Assembly: GCA_043799715.1 (NCBI GenBank)
Contig: JAZDNM010000003.1
Span: 28,903-92,902 of the forward strand
Direction of reading: 5' to 3'
Source of the DNA: an archaeon
GTDB taxonomy: Archaea; Nanobdellota; Nanobdellia; Pacearchaeales; DTIR01
DNA length: 64,000 nt
The position numbers and the translations under genes were made by a program. Positions 7,529 through 17,429 of this stretch are shown here, piece by piece; position 1 is the stretch's first letter; every line of letters begins with the position of its first letter. The notes under the pieces are model-generated. The model did no database searches. It was not told the DNA's origin and saw only the letters and a list, made by a program, of their open reading frames with translations.

Positions 7529-10198
7529 ATAAGCAAAAGGAACTTTGATTTAGCCGGCAGAAGCAAATTCCTTACTGGGGAGTATGCAGTTTTATCTGCT
7601 GCGTTTCTGGCTGTTTTCTTTGTTCTGCTTCTCGCTTTCCCTGAACTTGCCTATGCCAACAACACAGCATCAGGCATAAGGAGCTTTACAGTCGGCGGAT
7701 TGGTTTGCGAAGTAAACCAGACGTGCAGGGGGGGGTGGACTGACATGTTCCACGTTTCAAATATTTCTGATGCTCATGGGGAAATGGCAAACAGCTCTGA
7801 GTATGCCTATAAAGTATGCTGTGTCACGAATGAAACAGCTGTAAACTGGCTTGGGAACAACTGCAGCCAGAAATACTGGACAATGCTGCACATTTCAAAT
7901 GAGACAAACGCCCATGCAGAACTGCCGAATAATTCTCTTCTTGGAATTAACCTGTGCATAAATATGAATACTACAAGATATGTTTTCAACTGGACTTATA
8001 GCCAGAACTGCTCTGGATACGGAGACTGCATATTTTCCATAAGCAATGAGACAAATGCGCATTTTGCTGGCTGCGGCGCTGACACTTCATATGCCCTGAA
8101 ATTATGCGCTGACATAAAGTTTGACAGGACACTGCCTTCTGTGAATCTTCTTACTCCTGCAAACAACACAAATTTTTCAAGCGCATCAGTTGAGTTCAAT
8201 TATACTGTTGATGATGACAACAATATAGCCAACTGCAGCTTTATTGCAAATAGCACTGTAATAAGCACAAGCTCTTCAATAACAAAAATAGCAAACCAGA
8301 CATTCCTGCCTTCATTAAGCCAGGGAAGCTTTAACTGGACAGTCAACTGCACTGACAGCAACAGCAATACAGGAACAGCAGGAATGAGGAGACTAAGTAT
8401 AAGGGGCATGGACTGCGAAGTTGCAGCATCGTGCCAGTCAGGATATTATGACTTGCTGCATATGAATGACACTACAAACGCCCATGCAGAACTGCCAAAC
8501 AGAAGCATATTCAGCTATAAAATATGCTGCAAGAGCAATATTGCAGGCGCAAGCCTGACAGCAAACTGCTCATCAGCTTTTGGCAGCTCATGGACAATGC
8601 TCCATTTGTATCAGGAAACAAACTCCCATGTGGAAATGAACAACAGGAGCATTTACAATATTTCTGCATGCATGAACCTTAATTCAACTGCATATATCAT
8701 GTCATGCAGCTATAAAACAACATGCGCTTACGCAGAAACATGCGTTGCAGCGGTAAATCAGGAAACAAACTCCCATGTCTCAGGATGCGCTTCAGAGGCA
8801 TATGGAACAAGATTATGCTGCCAGATTGAAAAGGACACAACACCTCCTGTTGCAAGGTTAATCTCGCCTGCAAATGGAAGCACATGGGATGGCGATGCAA
8901 CAGCAACAGTAACATTCACTTATAATGTGACTGATGCGAACAACATCGTGAACTGCAGCCTTTTTGTTGATTCTGCATTTGACCAGGTTGACAATACAAT
9001 AACAAAAGACACAAGCCAGTCATTTTTGAAGGATTTTATGTTAAGCGCAAATCACACATGGTATGTGAAGTGCGTTGATGCTGCAAACAATATAGGGCTG
9101 CAGCCGTCATGGCAGTTTAATTTCTCGCGCTCTGTTATTCCTGAAACTCCAAACATAACATTTGTGTTTCCTACTCCTGCCAACAGCGAAAGGCAAGTCA
9201 AAAACTGGATTTATGTAAATGTTACAGTCAACACAACACTGAACAATGTCAGCGCATGCCTGCTTGGCTGGAATTCAGGAGCAGGAGAAGTAAACGAGAC
9301 AATGAGCAAGATTGGAACAGGCACAAATGCAACATGCTGGCTAAACAAGACAACAGTTGACGGCACAACTTACACATTCAGGGTTTATGCAAATGACACA
9401 ACAAACACATTTGGCATGTCCGGGCAGAGAAGCAATATTGAAAATTCAATTCCAGGCGCTGTTGCAGCCCTTGTTTATCCTAAAGTCAACCAGAGCACAA
9501 CAAACAGGACTTTGCAATTTAACTGGAGCGCCTCATCAGACAGCGAAGGGGATGCACTGACATATGAAGTGAATATCTCATGTTTCCCTGCATGCTCTGC
9601 TGACAACAGGAAAGTCAACTCTTCTGCAAACCAGAACTGGACAACGCTGGATTCAAGATTGAGATACTTCTGGGATGACACTTTCTATTACAACTGGACT
9701 GTGAGAGTATGGGATGGCTATGAAGTAAGCGACTGGACTGTGCCGCAGAATTTCACACTGGCAAGTTATGTTGCGCTTTCATTGCCCACAGAAAAAGTAA
9801 ATTTCAGCACGCTTACTCCGGGCTCAACCGAGGATACAACCTCAGATAATCCTGCGCCATTGGTATTGCAAAATGATGGAAACTCATTTGCTGATATCAA
9901 CCTTTCAATATTCCAGAATAACTGGCTTTGGACAAGCATAGCTGCAGCAGCTTCTGACTATTTCAGATACAAGATAGACAGTGTTCTAGGGGAATCAGGG
10001 GCGTTTAATGCAGCCGGCTCTCAAACAACACTGGCGCAGGTTCCTCAGTCAAATTTCACTGTTATTGACAACCTGAATTACACAGATGCATCTGATTCAG
10101 CAGAGATTGATGTGTCAATAACAGTGCCTCCGAATGAAGGTGCTGGAATAAAATCAAGCCAGATGGTATTTACCGGCTGGTATGTGAGGGAATTATGA
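7520..10198 (+). CDS. Large membrane-anchored or secreted surface protein with duplicated Cys-rich TNAH-repeat modules followed by Ig-like domains
   Basis: It has an N-terminal TM or signal segment. There are six copies of the motif (L/F)H.S/N.(E/T)TN(A/S)H.E...(N.S)...C(C), arranged as 2 x 3. Each triplet is followed by D.T.P.V.L..PAN and F.Y.V.D.NNI.NCS. N-x-S/T sequons are very dense. Confidence 0.7.
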   Translation: MSRISKRNFDLAGRSKFLTGEYAVLSAAFLAVFFVLLLAFPELAYANNTASGIRSFTVGGLVCEVNQTCRGGWTDMFHVSNISDAHGEMANSSEYAYKVCCVTNETAVNWLGNNCSQKYWTMLHISNETNAHAELPNNSLLGINLCINMNTTRYVFNWTYSQNCSGYGDCIFSISNETNAHFAGCGADTSYALKLCADIKFDRTLPSVNLLTPANNTNFSSASVEFNYTVDDDNNIANCSFIANSTVISTSSSITKIANQTFLPSLSQGSFNWTVNCTDSNSNTGTAGMRRLSIRGMDCEVAASCQSGYYDLLHMNDTTNAHAELPNRSIFSYKICCKSNIAGASLTANCSSAFGSSWTMLHLYQETNSHVEMNNRSIYNISACMNLNSTAYIMSCSYKTTCAYAETCVAAVNQETNSHVSGCASEAYGTRLCCQIEKDTTPPVARLISPANGSTWDGDATATVTFTYNVTDANNIVNCSLFVDSAFDQVDNTITKDTSQSFLKDFMLSANHTWYVKCVDAANNIGLQPSWQFNFSRSVIPETPNITFVFPTPANSERQVKNWIYVNVTVNTTLNNVSACLLGWNSGAGEVNETMSKIGTGTNATCWLNKTTVDGTTYTFRVYANDTTNTFGMSGQRSNIENSIPGAVAALVYPKVNQSTTNRTLQFNWSASSDSEGDALTYEVNISCFPACSADNRKVNSSANQNWTTLDSRLRYFWDDTFYYNWTVRVWDGYEVSDWTVPQNFTLASYVALSLPTEKVNFSTLTPGSTEDTTSDNPAPLVLQNDGNSFADINLSIFQNNWLWTSIAAAASDYFRYKIDSVLGESGAFNAAGSQTTLAQVPQSNFTVIDNLNYTDASDSAEIDVSITVPPNEGAGIKSSQMVFTGWYVREL

Positions 10199-10719
10199 GA
10201 ATGAAAATAATGAAGAATAACAGCAATCAAAAAATATTGAAAACGCAGATTGTGCTGAACATAGCAGCAATAATCATGTTTGTTGTAATCTTAAATTTTA
10301 GCATTTTGCTTTCCCCTTCGCAAGGGATGCAAACAAGAGGCAGTTCAGTGTCTTTCAGCTGGCTTGGATTTGCATCCTCTGCTCTTGTTGATGACAATCC
10401 TGATTTTACTTCTCCGATAATTGCAGAGAAGAACAGGCAGATTGAGCTGAAGCCGGGAACATATTACTGGTGCGTTCAGTTTATGGGCAAGTGCCTTGAC
10501 AAGCAGGAATTTGCGATAAACTCTGATGTTGTAATTGATGTCAAAACTGCGGTTATTGATAATGAAACAGCATACAGGATTGAAAACAAAGGCAACACAA
10601 GAGTAATGCTCAACATAATAGGAATGCTGACAGGAAAAGCAATACTTGAGCCGGATGCAGTGATTTACGAAAAAAATTCCTCTGATATAACAAAAATAAT
10701 CGCTTCAGAAAATGAATAA
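10195..10719 (+). CDS. Hypothetical membrane-anchored protein
   Basis: It has an N-terminal hydrophobic helix (IVLNIAAIIMFVVILNFSILL). It overlaps both neighbouring genes, which suggests an operon with the surface proteins. Confidence 0.5.
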   Translation: MRMKIMKNNSNQKILKTQIVLNIAAIIMFVVILNFSILLSPSQGMQTRGSSVSFSWLGFASSALVDDNPDFTSPIIAEKNRQIELKPGTYYWCVQFMGKCLDKQEFAINSDVVIDVKTAVIDNETAYRIENKGNTRVMLNIIGMLTGKAILEPDAVIYEKNSSDITKIIASENE

Positions 10720-11956
10720 AAACAATACAAAAACAATATTGGCTGCCTTGGCATTGATTTTGATAGCAGTTGCGATGACATCAAATGCCCTTGCTCTCGG
10801 CATTTCTCCTGGAAGATTGACGCTTAATTTTGAGCAGGGAATGCAGAGGGATGTGCAGATTACAGTAATTAACACAGAGCACAGGGATATGAATGTTGTT
10901 TTTGGCGCAACAGGGGAGCTTGCGAGCTATATCACATTGAAAAGCGATTCTCCGATAGTCCGCATAGGCGCATCAGAAAATGAAAAAACACTGACATACT
11001 CAGTTTCCCTGCCTGCAAAACTTACTCCTGGCGAGCACGAGGCAAAGATAACAGTAACTGAACTTCCTCCTGAAGGCGGCGCGGATGGAGTCCAGATAGG
11101 CGCAATGGTTGTTGTTGCATCGCAGTTGCTTGTAAAAGTGCCATATCCTTACAAATACGCAGCAATAGTGCTCAGTTCAGAGCATTTTGAAGCAGGCAGC
11201 TCTGGCAAATTTTATGTTGAAGTTGATAATCTTGGGGAGCAGGATTTGGTTGGCATGCAGGCGACAATTGAGATTATTTCAGCAGCAAACCAGAAAATAG
11301 CAGTATTAAAAACAGACAGCAAAACAATAAATTCAGGGACAAAAGGCGAGCTGCAGGCAGCATGGAAAGCAGATGTTAACCCTGGAAATTACAGGATTGT
11401 TGCAACATTGCCTTATGATGAGGGCAAGCTTGCGTCTTCTGAAAAAATAATCTCAGTTGGCTCACTGGTTGTTGATATTGTTGATATTTCTGTAAGAAAC
11501 TTCAGGCTGGGGGATATAGCCAAATTTGACATCACTGTTGAGAGCAAATGGAGCGAGAAAATCAGCGATATCTATGCGCAGCTCCAGATTCAGGATGAGC
11601 AGGAGAACTTGATTGCAAATGTCAAGACTCCTTCAATAGAGCTTTCTGCAATGGGCAGGAGCGTCTTGAATGCATACTGGGATACAGCAGGAGTAAAAGA
11701 AGGCGTGTATTCAGGAAAATTGCTGCTGAATTTTGCCAACCAGGTTCTTGAAAGGCAGCTAAAAACAGAAATAGCCCTGACTTCAATTAAAGTGGAGATT
11801 ATTGGAGTTGGAATATCCGCAAGGGCAGTATCAGCCGAGTCAGGAAAGCAGAATATGATGTTTGTGCTTGTTTTGGCAGTACTGCTCCTTGTTGTGATAA
11901 ACATAGCATGGTTTGTTTACTTTAATAAAAAGATAAAGAAAAAAAAGAGTGATTAG
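10712..11956 (+). CDS. Secreted beta-rich protein with a C-terminal TM anchor and basic tail
   Basis: It has a signal peptide (ILAALALILIAVAMTSNALA), a C-terminal helix (MMFVLVLAVLLLVVINIAWFVYF) and a KKIKKKK tail. Confidence 0.6.
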   Translation: MNKNNTKTILAALALILIAVAMTSNALALGISPGRLTLNFEQGMQRDVQITVINTEHRDMNVVFGATGELASYITLKSDSPIVRIGASENEKTLTYSVSLPAKLTPGEHEAKITVTELPPEGGADGVQIGAMVVVASQLLVKVPYPYKYAAIVLSSEHFEAGSSGKFYVEVDNLGEQDLVGMQATIEIISAANQKIAVLKTDSKTINSGTKGELQAAWKADVNPGNYRIVATLPYDEGKLASSEKIISVGSLVVDIVDISVRNFRLGDIAKFDITVESKWSEKISDIYAQLQIQDEQENLIANVKTPSIELSAMGRSVLNAYWDTAGVKEGVYSGKLLLNFANQVLERQLKTEIALTSIKVEIIGVGISARAVSAESGKQNMMFVLVLAVLLLVVINIAWFVYFNKKIKKKKSD

Positions 11957-12393
11957 ATGATTATTTCCTGCTCTGTTCTTGTTGCTTTATCATGCCAGGT
12001 TATCTCTGTCTGAAGGATATAATTTCCATGTTTGAGATTATCAGTGTTTATCCCTGCGCTGAATTTATGGCTTCCGATGTATCCTTTTCCCTCATAGCCA
12101 AGCTCTTTGTTTTTCCCTTCTACTAATTTGAAAGAGTCCTGTGCTTTGAAATCCTCCACAAAATCAAGGGCAGTTGAATTGTAAATCTCCATTGCAGTCT
12201 GATTGTTCTTCTCAAGAAAGATATGAATTACTGCGTTCGGAGGCAGGACTTCGCTTGCAGTTATTTTAATCTCTGCACTCATCACAGGAGCAGCAAAGAA
12301 ACCTGTAATCTGCGGGCGCACAATAACTGCCATTGCAATCATAACTGCCATTGTCAATGCAGGCAGCGCGTATGGAACACTTTTATGCACCAT
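11953..12393 (-). CDS. Hypothetical N-terminally anchored protein
   Basis: It is a 146-aa ORF with an N-terminal hydrophobic segment. It converges on the previous gene. Confidence 0.45.
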   Translation of the reverse strand: MVHKSVPYALPALTMAVMIAMAVIVRPQITGFFAAPVMSAEIKITASEVLPPNAVIHIFLEKNNQTAMEIYNSTALDFVEDFKAQDSFKLVEGKNKELGYEGKGYIGSHKFSAGINTDNLKHGNYILQTEITWHDKATRTEQEIII

Positions 12394-12455
12394 CCAGCAG
12401 CAAAATTGATTAAGTTTATAAATTTTCTCTGCTTAATCCTCAATAATAATTCAAA

Positions 12456-13496
12456 ATGATAAATCTGCTTTATTTCTTCCTGCCTGCAATACTCCTGCTT
12501 GGGGGCTTGGCTTCATTCTGGGATATAAGGCATGGAAGAGTGAAAAATTGGCTTGTGCTTTGGGCGCTGGCTTATTCTGCAGTTGTATATCTTCTGCTTG
12601 TTATCTATCTTAAAATCTCCGGCATGCCTGTTAATGAGGCATATATCTCAGAACTCCTGACAAACTTCCTGTCTGCTGTTGCGTTCAGCTTCCTGCTTTA
12701 TTCATTCAGGTTCTGGGCTCCGGGCGATGCAAAGCTTTTCATTGCTTTCTCTGCGCTGATACCCCTATCTTTTTATTCCAGTTTTCATATAAGCATATTC
12801 CCCTCTCTTGTCTTTTTCAGCAATACTTTTGTCATCTCAGGGGCTTATCTGCTGATAAATTCAATTGTGATGCTGTGCAAAGGCAAAAAGGGATTAGGAA
12901 AGGTTCTTGATGCCAGGGATTTTTTCAAGAAAATTTTAATCCTCGTAATCTCAATATTTTCCTTTTCGTGGATAACAAGCATGTTCCTGAGAAGCTTTCT
13001 TCCTGTTTCTGGCTTTTATTTGACATTGATTTCTTATTCCTGTGCTGCTGTGCTTAATATTTTCCTTGCCAGAATTGTTAAAAATAAGAAGATACTGTAT
13101 CTTTCTTATTTCTTGCTTTCCCTGTTTAATATGGTATTTTTTAGGGCATACACCTCCTTGCTGAATGTATTAAGCTTCTCGCTATTTTTCTCTATTTTCA
13201 AAACAGTTGCAATAGATATGCAGGCAAGGATAAATATATCAAAGGCAAGAATAGGCAGTTTAATGCCTTACAGCCAGATTATGCAGCCACTTTTCCATAA
13301 CAAAAAGGAAATATGCAAAAAAGGGGAGGTTATCAACAGAGCCAAAATAAAAGAGATGAAAAGCGCTTTCAGCCTGGACAGAAAAATACTGGTTAAAGAC
13401 AATTCCGCCCTTGCGCCTTTCATGTTTATTGGGGCTCTTGTTACAATCCTGATAAAGGGAGAAGTAATAACATGGCTCCTTGCACTGATAAGGTAA
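12456..13496 (+). CDS. A24-family prepilin/preflagellin peptidase with a C-terminal extension
   Basis: It is polytopic and carries the two aspartyl motifs SFWDIRHGRVKNW and FWAPGDAKLFIAF, characteristic of type IV prepilin peptidases. Confidence 0.7.
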   Translation: MINLLYFFLPAILLLGGLASFWDIRHGRVKNWLVLWALAYSAVVYLLLVIYLKISGMPVNEAYISELLTNFLSAVAFSFLLYSFRFWAPGDAKLFIAFSALIPLSFYSSFHISIFPSLVFFSNTFVISGAYLLINSIVMLCKGKKGLGKVLDARDFFKKILILVISIFSFSWITSMFLRSFLPVSGFYLTLISYSCAAVLNIFLARIVKNKKILYLSYFLLSLFNMVFFRAYTSLLNVLSFSLFFSIFKTVAIDMQARINISKARIGSLMPYSQIMQPLFHNKKEICKKGEVINRAKIKEMKSAFSLDRKILVKDNSALAPFMFIGALVTILIKGEVITWLLALIR

Positions 13497-13497
13497 A

Positions 13498-14163
13498 ATG
13501 AACAAACAAATGCGCTTTTTTGCCAGGGATGATGATGTTTTCGATTTAACTTCCAATTTAGTTAAATTTTCCAGAATGATGATTGAGCTTAAAGTGCCTG
13601 TTATTTATGGAATAATTCCGGGAAAAATAGAAAAAAAGCTTTCGGATTTTCTCTCAAAATTAAAAAAAGACAATGATAGTCTTGTGCATCTTGCGCAGCA
13701 CGGCTGGATGCATGCCAACTATGGAAAAACAAGAAAATATGAGTTTGGAATGTCAAGGGATTATGAAACCCAGAAAAAGGATATTCTGCAGGGGCTTGGT
13801 ATCATGCAGAAATTATTCGGATTCAAAAAGAGAATCTTTATTCCCCCTTATAATCATCTGAACAAGGCAACTGTCAGGGCTCTTGAGGGGCTGAATTTTG
13901 AATTTATTTCAACAGATTTGCCTGCAGCGCGCTTGGGAAAAATCAGGAACTTGCCTGCGATTATAAATTTTGAAACATTTACAGACAATGGCGTAAAGAA
14001 GAAAACATTAAGGGAGCTGCTGCTTGATTTTGCAATTCTAAGCAGAAAGACGAATTCATTTGGGATATATTTTCACCATAGGACTCTGGAAAAAAGGGAT
14101 TTTGAGACAATCAGGAAATTTATGGAGATACTGAAAGGAAAAAAAGTTAAATTTGTTTTGTAA
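13498..14163 (+). CDS. Polysaccharide deacetylase-like (NodB/CE4-like) protein
   Basis: It has divergent NodB-type motifs: ARDDDV, HGWMH and IPPYNH. It starts 2 nt after the peptidase stop. Confidence 0.5.
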   Translation: MNKQMRFFARDDDVFDLTSNLVKFSRMMIELKVPVIYGIIPGKIEKKLSDFLSKLKKDNDSLVHLAQHGWMHANYGKTRKYEFGMSRDYETQKKDILQGLGIMQKLFGFKKRIFIPPYNHLNKATVRALEGLNFEFISTDLPAARLGKIRNLPAIINFETFTDNGVKKKTLRELLLDFAILSRKTNSFGIYFHHRTLEKRDFETIRKFMEILKGKKVKFVL

Positions 14164-15182
14164 TGGACAGTAAAATGCAGAAAATCTCGGCAAAGAACAT
14201 AACATTTGAAATAACAAATGAATGCAATCTGAAATGTTCTGCCTGCCCTATGTGGCAGGAAGCTGAAAGAAAGAATCTTGGCAAAGATGCGATATTGGGG
14301 GTTCTGACATCGGGAATATTAAGGCATCCTCTTGAATCAGTGACATTGACAGGAGGAGAGCCGTTTATGCATCCGGAATTTAATGAAATTTTCAAGTCTC
14401 TTGTGTTGCTGAAGATGAAAAAGCAACTGAGGAAAATAGGGATATCCTCAAACGGCTATGACACTGCCAGAATTCTGGATTTTTTAAAGGAAAATAAGGA
14501 TTATGCAAGAGATATCAGTTTGTTCATCAGCCTTGACGGGTTTGGCAGTGTGCATGATAAACTCCGGGGCAGAAATAATGCCTTTGAGAAGACAATGAAC
14601 ACTATAAACGCTGTGAACAGTGAATTTGAAGATGTGAATCTAACCCTGAAATTCACAATCTGCAGTGAGAATGCAAATGAAATACCAAAAGTTTATGATT
14701 TTTGCAGCAAAATAGGCATAAATCTCCTTTTTAAGCTGCTGCAATCCTCTAATTCTGCGCATGGACTTACTCCCAAATACCGCAACAGCAGCAGGCAGGA
14801 CTTCATGAAAAAAATGCTTGATAATAAAAGCAGGGAGAAAATAGCAAAAGAGCTTCTCAGAATTATTGCTTCTGAGAAGAATTCAGGCGCATCAATTGTA
14901 AATCTGGATTACTTGTCTGCCCTTGTAGATTATCTTCAGGGAGAATTAGAGATAAAATCCTGCAAAACCCCTGAAAATTACCTTTTTATTGACTGCACAG
15001 GGAATATTTACCCTTGCTTGTATCAGGAGCCAATTGCGAATTGCCTTGATAAGGACTGGGAAAAGGAATTTTATAAAAAGAGATATGCAGAGATGATAAA
15101 TAATGCAGAAAAAGGCATATGCCCGAAATGCCTTGCTTATCATGGGTATTTAAAATACTGGAATTTCAAAAATGGCAATTAA
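14163..15182 (+). CDS. Radical SAM protein with a SPASM/twitch-like C-terminal Cys cluster
   Basis: It has the CX3CX2C motif (TNECNLKCSACPMW). The C-terminus reads CKTPENYLFIDCTGNIYPC...CPKC. Confidence 0.8.
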   Translation: MDSKMQKISAKNITFEITNECNLKCSACPMWQEAERKNLGKDAILGVLTSGILRHPLESVTLTGGEPFMHPEFNEIFKSLVLLKMKKQLRKIGISSNGYDTARILDFLKENKDYARDISLFISLDGFGSVHDKLRGRNNAFEKTMNTINAVNSEFEDVNLTLKFTICSENANEIPKVYDFCSKIGINLLFKLLQSSNSAHGLTPKYRNSSRQDFMKKMLDNKSREKIAKELLRIIASEKNSGASIVNLDYLSALVDYLQGELEIKSCKTPENYLFIDCTGNIYPCLYQEPIANCLDKDWEKEFYKKRYAEMINNAEKGICPKCLAYHGYLKYWNFKNGN

Positions 15183-16260
15183 CGAGAAAGCAGGGAACAT
15201 AAAAAGGGCAGAGGGCATAACAAAGAACAGGGCTCTTGTCGGCCCTGAAATAGCCCAGATAACAGCAGTAAGAAAATGCAACCAGTCATGCAAATACTGC
15301 TGGATTTATTCTGATGTGGCCAATAGATACTGCAAACTATATAATAATTTCTATATGAAATTCCGCAAAAATCAGGATTTTCCCATTTCCAAGTTCAAAG
15401 AGGTTGTTGATGACCTTGCTGAGATAGGAACTCCTACTCTGTCAATAAGCGGGGATGGCGAGCCATTCATGCATAAAAATCTTGGGGAAATGGTTCGCTA
15501 TGCTCATGAAAAAGGGCTTTCAGTAGGAATCCAGACAAATGGGACTATTTCCCTGGAGAATTTTAAGGAAATTGGCATGATTTCATTCCTGAATATTCAT
15601 GTTCCAAGCCTGAATGAAAAAAACTCGAGGCTTCTGCAGGCATCAGGAATTTCTTATCTTGATAGGGTTATAAGGAATATTCAGTGGATTTCCAGAATGG
15701 CTGAACATAGAACAATGCCCAAGATTGAACTTGGGCTTGTAGTCAACAAGATAAACTGCAATGAGATAATTGATTTCTTTGATTTTGCACTGAAGTATAA
15801 CATTGATTCAGTATGCCTTAAGAAACTCCGCTCTTTTAATCATGTTGATGAACTGTGCCTTGATAAGGGAGATATAGAAAAAATAAGGGACAGCGTAAAA
15901 TTTCTCCTTGGTTCAGGCAAATCCAGAAAAGTCAAGAACAACCTCGCAGCATTCCTCAAGGAATTAAACACTGAGGAAAGCAGAAAGCGCCAGAAATGCC
16001 TTGTAGGATATTACAGGGTTTATATAAATCTGGATGGAAGCACAAGCTTGTGCTGCTGGAACCCTTTCCGGTCATTCGGGAATGTTTTCAAGAAAAGATT
16101 AAAGGATATCTGGTTTTCAAAAAAGGCAGATAATCTTAGAGGAAAGATGCAGTCTATAAATACAGCAAAAGTTCTGTGGAGAACATGCAGAACCTGCCCT
16201 TTAAGCACTGTTGACTTGAACAAGAAACTATGCAATATCTCTGAGTACTTTAGTTCCTAG
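15172..16260 (+). CDS. Second radical SAM protein with a SPASM-like C-terminus
   Basis: It has the CX3CX2C motif (RKCNQSCKYCW). The C-terminus reads CLVGYYRVYINLDGSTSLCCWNP...CRTCP. It overlaps the previous rSAM gene by 11 nt. Confidence 0.75.
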   Translation: MAINEKAGNIKRAEGITKNRALVGPEIAQITAVRKCNQSCKYCWIYSDVANRYCKLYNNFYMKFRKNQDFPISKFKEVVDDLAEIGTPTLSISGDGEPFMHKNLGEMVRYAHEKGLSVGIQTNGTISLENFKEIGMISFLNIHVPSLNEKNSRLLQASGISYLDRVIRNIQWISRMAEHRTMPKIELGLVVNKINCNEIIDFFDFALKYNIDSVCLKKLRSFNHVDELCLDKGDIEKIRDSVKFLLGSGKSRKVKNNLAAFLKELNTEESRKRQKCLVGYYRVYINLDGSTSLCCWNPFRSFGNVFKKRLKDIWFSKKADNLRGKMQSINTAKVLWRTCRTCPLSTVDLNKKLCNISEYFSS

Positions 16261-17429
16261 CTGAAGATTTCCTTCCTTATTATTTTTTGGGAATTAAACC
16301 ACTCTTTTTTCATTTTTATAATATGTTTTTCACTGATTTTTTTTCTTATCTCTTCTGCCAGCCTGCCTGCGTCAATATTGCTGTATTCAATAATTGAACT
16401 ATCAGCTTTGTCTTTCAGAAGCAAAGCCCTGTAATACTGCTCTATCCCTGCTTTGCTTATGTTGTCAAATTTTGGGATGATTATTGATTTTTTTCCAAGG
16501 AGCATTGTTTCTGCAGAAGTGTTGTAGCCAGCCATGCTTACAGACAAGTCGCATGCATTGAGCAGCCTGCTGAAATCTGATGAAAATTTTATAAGTTTCA
16601 TATTTTTCCTGCCTTTAGCCATCTTCCTGAATATCTTTTCTTCTTTTGCAGTTGAGGATATCCCATAGACAACAATAAAGAAGAAATTATCCCCGAGGAT
16701 TTCTGACGCTTTTATTGCGCTTGAGATTATTTTTGGGTAGATAACTCCGCCTCCCCTGCTGGCAAGTATAATCTTTTGGTTTTTGCCTATGCCAAAAGCA
16801 TTCCTGAGACTATCATCTCTTCTTATTTTGGGCTTTGCTGTCAGATAATTTGTAAATGTAATCTTGGATGCAAGTTTGCTGAACACACTGTTATAGAAAT
16901 CAAGGATGTCATCTCTTCCTATCAGATTAAGCGCTTTCCTTATATAAGCCAAGTCAAGGTTTTCAGGGCAGTGAATCAAAATTTTGTCATAATATTCTGA
17001 AAATTTTAATATTCTCTCATTTTCAATTACAGGATATCCCACGCTTGCATAAATCTTTATTGAAGGATTAATCTGCCTGAGATGCCTTATTATTGAGGAT
17101 ATCTCAATTGAAAAGATTCTCCTGCCAAAAGGGAAAAATTCTGTTATAAACACATCAGGGCTGAAATCTTTTAACTTGTCCGTGATAAATTTTATTCTCT
17201 TTTTTATTCTTTCAATGCTTATTCTGGCTCTTCCTCCCTTGAACACCTCTTTTCCTGCTATGCTCCACGGAACATTTATTATTTCTGCATGAAAGTCTGG
17301 AATCTTTTGTGCCTTTCCTGCCTGTATAACAAGAATTTCATTTCCGGGCTTCAAAACATTAGCAAGGTTCCTTGTTCTTGATGTATGCCCAAGTGATTCA
17401 TAATGAGTATAATACAATGCGATTCTCAT
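16257..17429 (-). CDS. Glycosyltransferase (GT-B fold, GT1/GT28-like)
   Basis: The N-terminus MRIALYYTHYESLGHTSRTRNLA and the C-terminal nucleotide-sugar binding half (ASRGGG...MAGYNT) resemble MurG/MGT-type enzymes. Confidence 0.55.
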   Translation of the reverse strand: MRIALYYTHYESLGHTSRTRNLANVLKPGNEILVIQAGKAQKIPDFHAEIINVPWSIAGKEVFKGGRARISIERIKKRIKFITDKLKDFSPDVFITEFFPFGRRIFSIEISSIIRHLRQINPSIKIYASVGYPVIENERILKFSEYYDKILIHCPENLDLAYIRKALNLIGRDDILDFYNSVFSKLASKITFTNYLTAKPKIRRDDSLRNAFGIGKNQKIILASRGGGVIYPKIISSAIKASEILGDNFFFIVVYGISSTAKEEKIFRKMAKGRKNMKLIKFSSDFSRLLNACDLSVSMAGYNTSAETMLLGKKSIIIPKFDNISKAGIEQYYRALLLKDKADSSIIEYSNIDAGRLAEEIRKKISEKHIIKMKKEWFNSQKIIRKEIFS

